Shown here: positions 14,111-30,169 of the stretch, piece by piece
Numbering within the stretch: the first letter of the stretch is position 1
How the letters are laid out: the number at the start of each line of letters is the position of its first letter
From: the human T2T-CHM13v2.0 reference genome, Homo sapiens
NCBI RefSeq assembly: GCF_009914755.1
Contig: NC_060927.1
Length of the DNA stretch: 64,000 nucleotides
Direction: 5' to 3' (one strand)
Position numbers and translations under genes: made by a program
The notes under the pieces: generated by a model
Told to the model about the DNA's origin: nothing
The model's input: only the letters and a program-made list of their open reading frames with translations
Database searches by the model: none

Positions 14111-15049
14111 AATTCTATTTGAATTAGCCTATAAATAAAGCAGAGAATGCATGTAAACTCTTAAATTAATTAAAGAGTAGAGATAAGAGAGAGTAGGGAG
14201 TGGGGGCTTTTTGTATTTGTTTATATTTGTCTTTATTCTTTTGGGATTTTTTGATGAGCTTGTTTTCTCATTTTTAATGTACAGTGTTAGTAGTATTACT
14301 GATGTCTGAATGACACTTCCACCTAAAGATATGAAGGAAGCACGTCATGTATTGCATTTCATGTTTTATACCACTATTTTTCTTTAGGAGATGAATTCTT
14401 CCTTGAGAGATCTCATTTGCCTTTTTAGTAATCTAAGGTTTTTCTAAGACTCCAAAGAAACCTGAGGTAATGGAGCAGTGACAATGGTGCACAGTTGAGT
14501 TTGCATGAAGGTGACTCAGATTTCAGCCCTTGAGGTGCCTGATCATCACACATAGTGATTGACTGCATCTCATTTATGATGGTGCAGTCTACTCTTTTCA
14601 GATATAAATAATAGCACAGCTCATTGGACAGGAAGGGAGAGCCAGGTAGTTCCCTGGTTGCATGGGTGTGTAAACTAGGCCAGTGATTTTACATCATCCT
14701 AACGAACGTATTAATAGCATGATAAAACGAAGGCCCTTGAATTGTTTTGGTGGTGATGCCTACTCAACCTTCCCATATTCAAGATGATATAAAGCTGTAA
14801 CAGGCTTTCAGAAATGCAGTCTAGATTTGATATAGTGCTTTTTATTAACTGTGACACAATGGATTATGGCACTTCAAATGAGAAGGGGAATTTTCTTCCT
14901 TTTTGAAATGTGAATTAACAAAATGCTTATTCTCAGTAGAAGTTGTTTTCATGGGCTTTTCCATTTATTTCTGCTGTGGTTGCCTTCCTCTACTGCCTCT
15001 TTGCTAGACAGGCAAACAGTCACACACACATAGTTCATATACCCATTAA

Positions 15050-15389
<340 letters not shown>

Positions 15390-16539
15390 TGAGGAACGGT
15401 TTTATATTTCAGAAGAGGATATTTCAATTGGGTCATGCTGGGAAAACTCCCCAGGAGATGAACCTGCCACTTCATCGTGCAGTTATTGTCTGTACTTGCA
15501 CAAATTATTGCTTCTTCTGGCTTGGGATACTTCATCTACTTGTGAGTTGGCAGTAGTGACACCTACCTGTCCCCCCCTGGAGCACTGGGCTGATGTCATC
15601 ATTGTGCGGTGTTGGATGAGTAAGTACTCGAGAAAGGGTGATTGCCAAGGGCTGGGTAGTTCTTCAGGGGGATGGGCTGTGTTAGTTGCCTGGTTGTTAA
15701 AATAGGAGATTAAGAAGAGGAATCCTGAGCCTGACTTCTTCCTTTGCAACCCATGACCTCATTTTGTCTGACTTTTTTCCTTTAGCAGTTAAGGCCATTA
15801 TACTCTACAGATATATTCCAGAGGAAGTGGAGGGCTCCACCTTTAAAAATAATAAGCAATTCAGGACAGTTCATATAAAGTCAGGATTTGAATAGATATT
15901 TATTAAATGTCTGCCATGAGTAATGTATTCCACTAAGCACAAGGGGGAGATATAAAACGTAGTTTAGTAGGTTCTTCATAGGTTCTAATGAAATGTAAAC
16001 ACCTTACGAGAAGTGTATTCCTTTATGTCACAAGGAACCCTTGTGTTCTGTAGGTCAATCACTGTGCAATACTACGTAGATTCAGAGATAGTTATTAAGC
16101 ATAATAAATCAATCACACTTTTCTCTAAAGCTCAGTAGAGATACTACCTGTCTCCACATATTACATTTGATTGTAAGATACAGCCTAGAGAAAAATGTTA
16201 GAATCTCATTGCAGTGATTTCCAATGGGAAGAAATCTAAGAGAATCCATTCATTTGAGATTTTCTGTATTATAAAATTATTTTCTAAACCAGAGTCTATA
16301 ATAGATTTCCTTTAAACACAAGAATATATATCATAAGCATAATAAAAATGAATCATACCACACAATTCTTGTTTGTATAAAGAAATCCTAATACATGAAA
16401 ATTAATGAATGATATTGCCACTTCATATATATATTTGTATGTACAAATATTTATATATATTTAAATATGTACCTATTTAAAATATATATATTTATAACCT
16501 AATGCCTGTATTTACAGGATTAATAAAACCATAACCCTA

Positions 16540-17000
16540 TGTCAGAGTTTTTAATAGCTAGCAACAATAAGCAACTTTTGTTAATTTTGAAAGAAAATGA
16601 ATTTATTGACAGGGTATTGGGTTACCTGCTGAGTTGCTAGGCAGTAAGAAGACCAGGCTTGGAACCGGGAGCAGTACCTCTAACACACTGCAGAATTGGT
16701 CTGGAGAGCAATGGAAGCCTGCTTCTCTGTTTCTATTGCACCAATAATTCAGTCTTCCCACAGCCTTGCCCACTCCCTGTGGTCCCTGTTCCTTTTCCTT
16801 ATCCTTTATCTCTAACACCTGAGTCCAGTGCAGAACACCTGATTGGTGGATCCTCAGTCACATGTTCATTCCCTAGCTGCAAGGGAGGCTGGCAAAGGAA
16901 CACCTGCATTTTCTCATTTCTAGAGTAGGAGGATGATTCTGCAGCCAAAGCAATTGCCAAATTGTTATTACAATAATTATGCTAGAAAGTTTGAAAGGCA
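16540..17000. mobile_element. Possible old MLT1-type LTR
   Basis: Degenerate atttattga...ctgattggtgga...cacatgttcattccctagctgcaagggaggctgg pattern. Confidence 0.4.
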
Positions 17001-19007
17001 GAAAACATGAAAACATCATCATATTCCATTGTTCTGATACAAAACTATTTTAAAATAAAATTATCCCAGTCTTTTTCCTATTCATATGTTTTTACATTTG
17101 TGCAATCATAGATTTTATACTTTTACATCTGCATTTTATTTTCAGTGTCTTTTTTTATGTTGCTATATACACATATATCATTTTAAATAATCACATAATA
17201 ATTCAAATAAACTGACTTATTTTGCCATTCTTCTAATGTCAGAGATTACTGATAAATTTTCATTATTTTGAAAAATAATTTTATGAACGTGTTCACATCT
17301 AAAGCTTTGGCATCTGAATGTTGTATTTGGGGCTTCAGAACCCAGAAGGAAATCTTATCAACCCTTGAGTCTTTAATAATAAAATTAGTATACTTGATTT
17401 ATACCTTTCCTTAATTGACTTAAACACAAACACAGTCCTCCTTTTGATGTGAAATTTTACAAGTTCGGAATTGAGTGAGTTAAATTTGGGATTGTTTAAA
17501 AAATTTTAAACATTTTATGTAGGCAAGCTATGTTTGTTAAGCAAATATTTACTAAAAAGTACTGCTTTTTAATTTAATACTAGGAAAACAAATAAATGAC
17601 CTAATAATAAATATCCTGTATCTAAACAAGGTAATATGATGCACATCATAATAAACTTATGACTGTCATATGACTGTTAACACTGACCTCAATATTTTTT
17701 AAAGTAAAAAGTTTCGATTTCATCACGATTACATATATCAGAATATTTTCCTTACCTTGGATGTTGTGAGTCAGTTACGGTATTTACAAGTGGATTCTTG
17801 TAGAATTAAGTGATATTATCATAAAATAAACACATCATGGTGTATTAGTTAGCCCCTTGGTAAATCTGCCAGTCTACCATTTTTAATATTTAGAATACCT
17901 TCTGTCTCCTGTAAGATTCTGGTATTGTTGCTTGTTCATTTGACATATGTTTAGTGCATGTCTAGTACATGTTGGACACTAAGTGTCCATATTATATGTC
18001 CAGTGCATGATGGGCAGCATATTAAGTAACAGGGTATAAAAACAAGAAAAACAAGAAGGACATCTGACCTGACATTTAGAGGCTTAAATCGAGCAGGTGA
18101 TATTATAGTCTGGAAATGGATGTGTGTGGGTGTATCTGAAAAATCACAATAGACTGGTTCTGGGAATAATGACCGAAAAGTCTCTTTTGTGCATATTTAA
18201 GTTACTGGCATTAAGGTTAGTATGCATGGTTTGAGGACTTGGGACTGGGAAATTCTTAGGTATTGGTTACCATCCCTGACTTTGAAATATGAAAATATGA
18301 TGATATTTGACTTGATACAGTTGCCTCCTTTTTTTTTTTTTTTTTTTTTTGACATCTTTAGCCCTTAAAGTCAGCCTGGCTTATGATTCTGCTCTTAGAT
18401 GAGGGTGGTTCATTCATGGTATGGTGCTGAAGAGGAATTAGTGTAGCAAAATCAGAAGGCTTGGGGAAAAGCATAGGGTTTTTCAGCATTAAATCTCTCC
18501 TTATATAACATTCCTTATATTCTTCTTCCCACTGATGATTCCATTTCTATCCCTTGGAATCTAGCAAAGGGCTATTTGTAGCTGCAAGTATTCCCTGGAA
18601 TTGGGATCCTACAACATGTAAAGAGTCAAGAATCGTAAAATGTAATTTAAATTAATAATCCAGATCTGAACTGTACTCTCAGAGGTTAAACCAGACATAA
18701 TCTTTCAGGATCTTGGTGGGCAGGTTGGTTGGTATATTTTATGTCTTAGGGATATGTATAGATCCTCCTTTAGAAAAGATAGAGACTGTTTTTTGTTTTT
18801 GTTTTTGTTTTTGTTTTTGAATAAGACAACTTTTGCTCCAGTTCTGCTAGCATGGTTGGGGACCACATTAAAATTCCACTTTGATCAATAGAAAGACAAA
18901 TACCATAATGTTGTCAGAGTTTTTTTCTCAGCATGGGATTGTTATATGTTGTTCCTTCCTTTTGCTCATCCTTTTCTCTAAATTTTCTCCAGTCATGTAC
19001 ATTATGG

Positions 19008-19300
19008 GTTTTGGGGTTTTGTTTTTGTTTTTGTTGAGACACAGTCTCACTCTGTCACCCAGGCTGGAGTGCAGTGACATGGTCTCTGCTCACTACAACC
19101 TCCACCTCCCGGGTTCAAGTGATTCCTGTGCCTCAGCCTCCTGAGTAGCTGGGATTACAGGAGTTCACCACCATGCCTCGCTAAATTTTTTGTTTTCGCC
19201 ATGTTGGCCAGGCTAGTCTCGAACTTCTGACCTCAAGTGATCTGCCTGCCTCAGCCTCCCACAGTGCTAGGATTACAGGTGTGAGTCACCACGCCTGGCC
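19008..19300 (-). mobile_element. AluS with a short internal deletion at the arm junction
   Basis: Alu-like sequence lacking the tagtagagacgggg segment. Confidence 0.9.
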
Positions 19301-19539
19301 CACATTATATTTTTAATAAGGAAAGTAATAAAATTGGTGTCTTTTCCTGGTATTAAGGATGACAAGATGAATTCAATAAAATTTCCTTGGTGTTTTTTCT
19401 CTCGTATGTTCCTTTTTGTGACAACAATTTTGGGACTTTTAAAATAAGTATGTTTGCCATATCACTGATAGCAGTGCATTGATTACCTCTGAGAAATGAA
19501 GCCACGATGCATCCTGCATATTTGGTTGGTTTGGAGTCC

Positions 19540-19745
19540 AGCACATCAGGGTTCAGATCTCTGGTTATATGAAAGCAGGCAAGTCACATCAAGCTAGTTA
19601 TGTAACCCTCTGCCCTCAGTTTCCTCATCTGTGAAGTGAGACTAGTGGTAGCACTTACATTCATTGTGAGCATCAAGAAATATTAATGTATGAAAAGGCT
19701 TGAGCATTATGCTTTGTATATAAGAGATGCTCAATAAAAGTTAAC
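19540..19745 (+). mobile_element. MIR (representative copy; similar ones near 4760, 24150, 26060, 35450, 41000, 41750, 44250, 45540, 47040 and 59650)
   Basis: MIR core cctcagtttcctcatctgtgaagtg. Confidence 0.65.
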
Positions 19746-20831
19746 CTTCCTCTCTTATTTTCTTTTCTCTGAAGGGAGAGGGTGAGAATTGTTACAACTT
19801 ATTCTCATACTCTCCAATAACTATTTTGAATATGGAAAATGGCATGGCTTGTTGTTAAGTAAATAATCATGTTCTATATTAGGGAAAAAGAATAAAAAAT
19901 TTTGCATTATTTAGCCTTTTGTTATGTTTTTCCATAGTCATTTCTATTATTTCAAGAAATCTTTCTCTGTCTCTTCTCGCTCGTTCTCTTTTACATCCAA
20001 GGTTGACTTTCTAAGCATATTCAGTGGTAAAGGTATAACTGCATCATCCCATATTTCAATACCAAAACGGGGAGAAGAAAACACTTAAATTCAGCCACCA
20101 CAGTGCATTTTCCAAAGTGTTAATTAAATAATATACATAATACAAGGAAGCTTCAGTTTGGCGATTGAAACCACTTGCCATTTTGCTAAAAGTAAGAGCC
20201 CATTTAAGTCCATTTAAGATCATTTGGGTCTGCACTTATTTGTCATGGGTATCATTTGAGACAAGAACTTTGTAGGAACAATCTTGTTTAATTTAATGCT
20301 ATTTCTACTACTGTAGCTTTTGTTTTGTTTTGTTTTTCTAAGTGGTTTGCAGATAGTTTTGTAGGGAGGCAAATAATAAAATAAAACGATCTAGAATCTT
20401 TAAAACTGCAAAGAATTTGCCATTGAAGCATTAGGATTAAATTTTTTTTTGTAAACCCCCAAGACAACATTTGTGCATGTATGTGCATGTGTGTGTATAT
20501 ATCTAAAAACTATACTTTTTCCTTTCCTTCTAACTCTTTATTATGGAAAATTTCTAATAAATACAAAAGAATAGCACAATGTGCCTCTTGCCCCATCTCT
20601 GAGAGCATTTGGCACACTTCTATAATACTTGAAGAGCAATTAGAAAATAAAAGTCTGGGGTTATTTATAAAATTATGAACAAATGACTTTGGAAAGTTTA
20701 AAAAATAGATTGGAAAGAAATAACTTTTCAAAATGTAGGAAATGAACAGATGAAAAATTATTTGCTGGGGTTTTTTTTTGTTGCTGTTTTTTGTTGTTAT
20801 TGTTGCTGCTGCTGTTGTTGTTTTCAGACAG

Positions 20832-22123
<1,292 letters not shown>

Positions 22124-22770
22124 TGATTTGCTGTTTTATCATGGAGAATTTGGGAGAGTAAGGAGGCTATATGTGAAACTCCGTAAGCTTATTGTAAGCT
22201 AAGCATTAGCCAACTTCTGGTTTTGTTTGCAAGTATAGTAACGTTCCTTTATTTACTATTTTATCAGACATAAGAGACTTTTAAGTGACACTCTCAGATA
22301 TCAATAATGCACTCATAGTTGATGTTCGGAATGACTCAGAAACACCAAAAGCAGATTCCTAGTGTGCTTTTTGAAACATTAGAATTGTTCAGCTTCATTC
22401 TATATAGTTTTAGGGCATAGTTTATCATTATTGTGTTGAATTGATCGTTCTTGATTTATAGCATAGCTTTTCCTGTCCATCTGACTGTCCAGAACTCAAA
22501 TCAGTATGAATTCTTGAGTATTGAATTAGGCTATTTACAGTGAAGATGACGTTTCCTGCACCCTCCAATTAGCTAGAAACATCTCCTTTGCATGTCAAGA
22601 CAAGATGTGAAATAACTCTTGATAACTGTGAATATCAGATATAAGAAGGAAGCATGTCAATAGTTCATGAGATACCTGTGCCATTCCTGGGGCTTGACTA
22701 GTTTCTGTGCCTTTTCTGAAATCTGCCACTGAAAGGAGTCGGGAAGGAAATTGGCACAGCCTCTTCTAGG

Positions 22771-22997
22771 ATAGGATTTCTACACTGTGGCATTATTAAC
22801 ACTGGGACGAAAGAGTCTTTGTTTTGAAAGGCTGTCTTGTGCATCGTAGGATGTTTAGCATCACCGCTGGACTCTCGCATACTGGATGCCGGTAGTAGCA
22901 CCCCCTCCTCACATAGTTATGACAACCAAAAGTATCTCCAGACATTGCCTAAAATTCCTTGAAGGGCAAAACTGCCTGTACAGTTGAGAGCTCCCAT
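22771..22997 (-). mobile_element. MER20 (hAT-Charlie)
   Basis: gtgcatcgtaggatgtttagcatc...gacaaccaaaagtatctccagacattgcc. Confidence 0.78.
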
Positions 22998-23172
22998 CTT
23001 AATAGGCAGGAGCACCTTACTGTAAATTTCTGTGTGGGTTACTCTCCCTGTTTCCCCCACCTAACCCTTGGGTTGTAAGCCCCTTGATGATAGAAATGAA
23101 GTATTTTCTTTCATGTTGAGGTCTCGCTTTCTTTTCTGTCTACCACACAATATATAGAGATTTGAGGATTGA

Positions 23173-23472
<300 letters not shown>

Positions 23473-24283
23473 GCCATTGCTTTTTAGTTTTTGTTTTTAT
23501 CCAAGCCACATAATATAGTGGGTTTTTAACAAAAGGGCAGTCTTGACATTTCTCTTCTTCCCGTTTTTGTTACTGCTTCACAACTGAGTACGTAACAACT
23601 GGTACTTCAGTGATACAGTGGCCTATTTTCTTTCTTATAAAAGACATTACTATATCATACAGTATTTTAACCTTTCCTTTACAAATCTCATGATACTGAG
23701 ATGCCTTTGGTTAACAAAAATTGCCATTGAGTCTGGAAGATTGTTTGTTTGCTGACTGACCAGCCCCCTCATCTCATCCTTCTCACAAAGAAAGAAAGAA
23801 AGAAACAAACCCTCAACCCTTAAATTAGTCAAAGTCCTAAGGCAGTTTTCCCAGAACAAATGTCCATATTGACTTTCTCCGTTGTTAGGTCCTGTCCTTG
23901 TTGACCCGTTGCTGGCTTGAGGGGCTGATTCTGTTCACTTTGGAATTGGGTAGCGTTTTGGTTTAACAACAGTGTCCACCCAGCGGGGGACCAAATTCTC
24001 AGGAGAAGCCTTATTTATAATAAAGCACAAAAACAAATACTCAGAAGAAATAGTGATTACATAGGCCCTCTGAACAGTTTCAAAAGCAGAAATAATTCCG
24101 TTGAAAATATGAATCCTGTAAATAACTCATAGTTTGGTAGTGTTTCATAAAGTGATTAGGAGTAAGCCTCAATTTCCTCATGCTGAAAATGGGGATAATA
24201 ACATCTGCTACTTCGTAGGATTGTAATGAGGATTAAATAAGTGAATCCATTGAAAACTTTCAGAAAAACTACCTGTAACATAG

Positions 24284-24574
<291 letters not shown>

Positions 24575-26479
24575 TATTTTCACTTTTTAATTCTTCTCCT
24601 AATTATGAGGAGTCTCTATATCTTCCCATTTTCCTACCTCCTTTAAAATTCCTACCTATATTCTCCAAAGAAGTAGTCTATCCTCTTCCTCTTTATATGC
24701 ATTATCCATTATTTTTATCACACAAATCCAAATGGGACTATCCAAACCACATATATTGGCCTGGTATAGGTGTGTCCTCCCTTTACAGATTTTTATAGAT
24801 TTTCAAAAAATTTTAAATCTCTGAGAATTTGCTTTGTAGAGTATGATAAGTCATAGGTTTTTGTTTGTTTTTTTTTGGCAAAGTACTTTTTATAGTGAGG
24901 AAAAATAAAGCTCTGCCTAAATACCTATGTAAGCTTAAGTTTCAGTTGATTACGTGTTTTAGATGACATCCATGTAGATCATTGGCCAATTTGTTTGAAA
25001 GAGGTAGTCATGATTTTTTTGATCTGAAAAGGTCAATATGAATTCAGTTCTGTATCCCCTGCACAAGTTTTTTAAAAAATGTTTCATTTGTGGCTAAAAC
25101 ACACATTCCTGATTAGATCAATGAGAGCACTCCATGGGCAAATCCAGCTTATTTTGCTAGTTAACAAGATGTTTCTCTGAGTTCTCGTGCCAGCAACGCC
25201 ACAGAAGAATCACAGGAATCCTCCTGAATCCATAATCAATTCATGCAACACCAAGTCAGATCTCTTAGAAGAAAATTGCTGGTGAAGGTCCAGAATAGCA
25301 AGCTAAAAAGCAGATATTTGATACTTGCAATAGGCTGATAGGTGTGCTAAGTGCTTGCTTAGTAAACATGCTACCATAACACTTTTCCTTTTATGGAGAA
25401 AGAGGACATAAATACATAAAAATAAAATATCAAATACATAAATATGTGTGCACTGTGTGAATATGTACAGGTTGTCTCAAATTTATACGAAAGCAGAGTG
25501 AATAATAGAATGAACCCTTCGCGTAACCCATCACCCAGCTTCGAGAGTTATTGACTCGGCTCATCCTGTTTCACGGATACCTCCCTCTAACTTGCAAATC
25601 CTAGACATAATTTCATCTTTAAATCTGTCTCGTAGTTTGTTCAACCTCTCCCCAGAAAAATGTACAGTCAAAGTTTGCTTACAATTTTCAGGAATTTACA
25701 ATTTCCCTAAAACCCAGTTAAAGAGAACCACTGACTGATCCAGCTCATTTGGAAGTATGAGAGGAAAGATGTCACGAAAGCCTTCTGTATGAGACTGTGG
25801 CCTGCAAGTGTCCCAGCTCTAACGTTCATGTTTTTCCCCTTTTTCTCTTACTCTCACAATCCATCTATGATATTTGAGTTAGCTAAAGAGAAAAAGATAA
25901 AAGGATACAGGAAAGAGGCTGAATATTTCCTTCATCTTTTAAAGTCCTCTCGTCTCCTTCTTGGTGGCTTTATATTTTTTTTGAGATTGTGAGCTATATG
26001 ATTTAACACTAATCCACTTGGATGTGAAAGCAAAAATTCCAAGGTGAACAATCATAGAGAACATTATTTATTTACTGAGCATTTACTATGTGCCAAGTAC
26101 TTTTCATGCATCTCATCACTTAAGCTTATCAGCATCTCCAGCAACTATTAGGTAGGTAGGATCCATGAGCCCATTTTGTAAACAGAAAACTGAGGTCCAA
26201 AGCATTTAAGCAACTTGCCCAGGATTTGAACTCAGATCTATTTGAAATTCCATTCAGATGTTTAACAATACTAAACTGCATCTCTCCATTTTACTCTGAC
26301 AGTGGGTCGTATTCTTAGCTGTGTGTCCCAAGCAGGCATACGTGGAGTATTTTATAGCTGTGTGCACCATTTATAACAACTTCTTCATGGTGGCGTGAGG
26401 CATTTCAGAGCATTATATAAGAAAGTCTCTTAATGTTTATGCTGTTTTTAAATTAGACTTAGTGCAAGCCAAGAAGAAG

Positions 26480-27020
26480 CCAAGGGCATTTTCAAAGTGT
26501 TCATCAGATCATGTTGATTCTCTTTATTAAAACATCTCAATGGCTTCTTACAAGTAGTAGAGAATAAAAATCAAATTCCTTTCAATGGCCTGCAAAGCCC
26601 TACAACATCTGGCCCAGACATTCTTTTCAGGGCTCTCACTGACCTTGTCAGTACTCCAAAAGTGCTGGCTCTGTGGTTGTTGATCTTGTCCTTATTCATC
26701 CAATATGCTGGGCTGCTTCCTACCTCAGTATCTGATCTCTTCTGTACCTCACCATAGCTGGCTTCTCATCATTGAGGTTCCACCCAACTTGTTGCTTCTA
26801 GAATAGCTTTGTTGCAATGGCCTTTTTTTCTCTTTTACTGTCTGCATTGCACTTCTCATTGTATGAGATTCTTATTCCTTTGTTGGTTCATTACTCTGTG
26901 TTTGTCTCTGCTTCCCCACCTTAAATATGATTTTCATGCAATCAGGGCCTGTGCTTTAGTTGCTGCTCAGTCTTCAGCACCTAGATGAGTGATGAGTAAA
27001 TCCTGGTTGAATGAATGAAT
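26480..27020 (+). mobile_element. L2 3' region
   Basis: atcagatcatgtt...aatggctt...tggcctgcaaagccct...ttgaatgaatgaat end. Confidence 0.65.
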
Positions 27021-28211
27021 GGTTTGTTAAGTGGGGATGGTTACATTAAACCTGCATGCGAAGCTCTCAGCACAGTGCATGCCCCAGTCGGAAAGCACTG
27101 CCGAGCTGCTGCTGTTGTTGGTGAGGTTAATTCCAATCTGGAACTTCATCATAACATAATCTATAAGGCAAGTTTTAAGAATTTCCCAAGCCAATGCAGT
27201 TTCTCAAAAACCAGAAGGACCCTCAGTCTCATGATATAGATCCTGAAGTTGTGTTATTAGGAGATGGCTGCTTTTTGACAGTTTTTAGCTCATGTGGGCT
27301 TGACCTTCAAACCAGTAGCATTCAGCAGCTCTCATCTCTGCCTAGGGGCTTTCTGACCTTTTGCTTAGGCCCAAGGCAATGTTTTCATCTCTGACAAACT
27401 TGACCACTGCCAGTTTCTTAAGAGTGTCGGTACTTATGAGAAGGAGTTGTTCTGCCTGTGCTGTAATCATCTCTAATACCCGATAAACTGCAAACAATGG
27501 GGGCATTTGAGGGGGGAAATGGTACAACAAAAAGACGTCTGCGATTCTGAGGCAGGGCTAAACTGGGGCACGTGGAAAAGTTCTAGCATGTGGAATGCTG
27601 CACTCGCAGCTCCCATGGTGGGGGGGATCTGGACGGTCCTGACAATGGGCCATTATAAAGGCACTATTGAACCACGTAATTGTGGCCTTTGGAAAAACCA
27701 TAAAAATGTGTCAAATATTATACAAATGCAAACTGTACAAGCTTGAATGTTAGACCAAAAATTTCAGAAAAAACAAAGTCCTCTCCATCTGATCAAACAG
27801 TTCAAGAAAAAGTTGAAACAAGGCGAATTTCACCATTGTGTAACCCCTTCATGGGTTTATTTGTTGCTTGCAAAATTTTCAGTAGAGGAATTCTGCCTGA
27901 ATATATTTTCATTTGTCCAGATCTGTAGGCTTTCATTCTCATGGAATGTCTAGCTTGTTTAAATTACAAAATCAGTGTCATGTACATTATAGAAAATAAT
28001 AAAATAACAATCACTGAGAATTTATCGCTCGGGAATAGTCATTGTTGAGACTTGACCGAGTAATTTGTCATTAGTTTTTTTTTTTGGCTTTGCATATATA
28101 TAAATAGCATTTAAAAATCAATTTTGGATAGCAGCATGTATAGTGTTTTTAACCTGCTTTATGTTCCCATTTACATTAATGAACTTTCCGTCTCATTAAA
28201 TATTGTTAGAT

Positions 28212-28500
28212 TAACACAGTAACGGAAAACCAAACACCACATGTTCTCATTCATACGTGGGAGTTGAACAATGAGAACACATGGACACAGGGAGGGGAAC
28301 ATCACACACCGGAGCCTGTTGAGGGGTGGGGGACAAGGGCAGGGAGAGCATTAGGACAAATACCTAATGCATGTGGGGCTTAAAACCTAGATGACGGGTT
28401 GACAGGTGCAGCAAACCGCCATGGCAAATGTATACCTATGTAACAAACCTGCACGTTCTGCACATGTATCCCAGAACTTAAAGTAAAAAAAAAAATAAAT
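28212..28500 (+). mobile_element. L1PA 3' end (5'-truncated)
   Basis: aaaccaaacaccacatgttctc...gcacatgtatcccagaacttaaagt followed by poly-A. Confidence 0.92.
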
Positions 28501-28600
28501 TTGATATATGAAATTCAATGTAGTGTACTAGACAAGAAATAAACAAAAAATTGTTAGATAAAATGTGGATTGTAATGACTGCATAGGATCCATTTATATG

Positions 28601-28818
28601 TAGTGGTTCTCAACTGAGGGCTGTTTTGTCCCCAGGAGGCATTTAGCAATGTTTGGAGCCAGTTTTGGTTGTCATAACTGGAGTGGGACATGCTGTGTTA
28701 CTTGGCATCTAATGGGTATAGATTAGGGATGCTGGGAGACAGCAGGCAGTTCACACATCACCCCCACAACAAAGCAGTATCTGGCTCCAGTGTCAATAGT
28801 GCTGAGGCTGAAAGCCTG
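28601..28818 (+). mobile_element. MER20
   Basis: agtggttctcaactgagggctgttttgtcccc...tgtcaatagtgctgagg. Confidence 0.78.
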
Positions 28819-28889
28819 AACTATATGGCTTCCTTATAATTAATTGAATCCATGGCCTATGAGATATTTGTTTTCAATTTTTTTATTAG

Positions 28890-29098
28890 AAATTAATGGC
28901 TGAAAAACTTTATCTATAAAAAACAGAGTGTTTTAGACTTTTGGGGCCGTCGGGTCCATTACTCAACTATGCTCTTGTACTGTTATAGCTTGAAAGCAGC
29001 CATAGACTATACTTAAATGAAAGTATGGATGTTTTCCAATAAAACCTTATTGACAAAAATGGGCGGCATGCCCCAGGCAGTAGTCCACCTACTTCTGT
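28890..29098. mobile_element. MER58A-like (hAT-Charlie)
   Basis: aaagcagccatagac...ccaataaaaccttattgacaaaaa. Confidence 0.6.
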
Positions 29099-30169
29099 TA
29101 GAGATAATGCTCTAATAGATGTCTGTGTACCTAAATCTTTGTCCCGTATCTGATCATCTCCTTAGAAAAGTTCTTGAAAAGAGCCATTGCTGCATGGGCA
29201 ACATGTATGTATCTTTTTAAAGTTTATATCCGTTTATTTTATTTTATCTTTTACAGTTCTACCTATTTATTTTATTTTCTCCTATGAGATTGTTCATTTC
29301 ATGTAGCTTTCTGAACACACTTGCGCCACCATCATTCTATCAGATTTGGAACCTTGTTCAGGGATATGAAGTGTGAATGGGTAAGGTAGGATTTGCAGAT
29401 TTAAAAGTCTTCAGGAATCAGACGGGTTAATGAATAAAGTAGTCCAGTTGTCAGTGTCAGAATAAAGAGTGATGAGAGTTGCAGAATGAAAAGTAAGTGC
29501 TCATTGAAAGGGAGAAGCTACTTCTCAACTCTGTTGCTTTTCAACTCTGATAAGTTGCTGGCCCAGTAGGAGTGCAGTTTGGTATCTCTAGATCTTCTGA
29601 TTTATCAACCAGAAAAGAGAAATCCAAACTCTGGTTTGAGAAACCAGATTTTGGGTTGAAAACTCCCAATTTTTCATCATTGGTGACAAATTCATAGAAC
29701 ACTAAATTCTGTCTAGGTGAACAGACTTGCCTGTGGTTTGTGTCCATGGACTGCCAGCTTGGGGACCTTGGAATAACTGTGACTTATCTAGGGGTCTACA
29801 GCTAGAGGTGAAAGCAAATCTCAGGCTTCCGGCCGGTCATTTGAGACCCACAGGGCCCTACTGGCTTGTTGTACTGCTAGATGAGAGCTGTAAGAATTGG
29901 CAATCTTTGGGCAGCCCCTGATAGATAAGGAAGCTTTATCATGTGAAGTAGGGTGGCAGGCTGTGAATCAACTGCCTGGCCTGAAGACTTAGTTCCTCTA
30001 GAGCTTTCTAACTTAGGAAGACTGAGGGACTGTCACACTTCATTTCCTCAGGACGTTTCCAGAGGTGGTCAGAATCCTAGCCTACAACCCCTGCCTACAC
30101 AATGTGGCCCCTTGTTCTTCGGTTCTGCCCCTTATCCATGCACGCCAGCCACAGTGGTTCCACACTGCT

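Noticed and set aside
16424-16496. AT-rich palindromic stretch
   Set aside because: Self-complementarity is expected from TA low complexity
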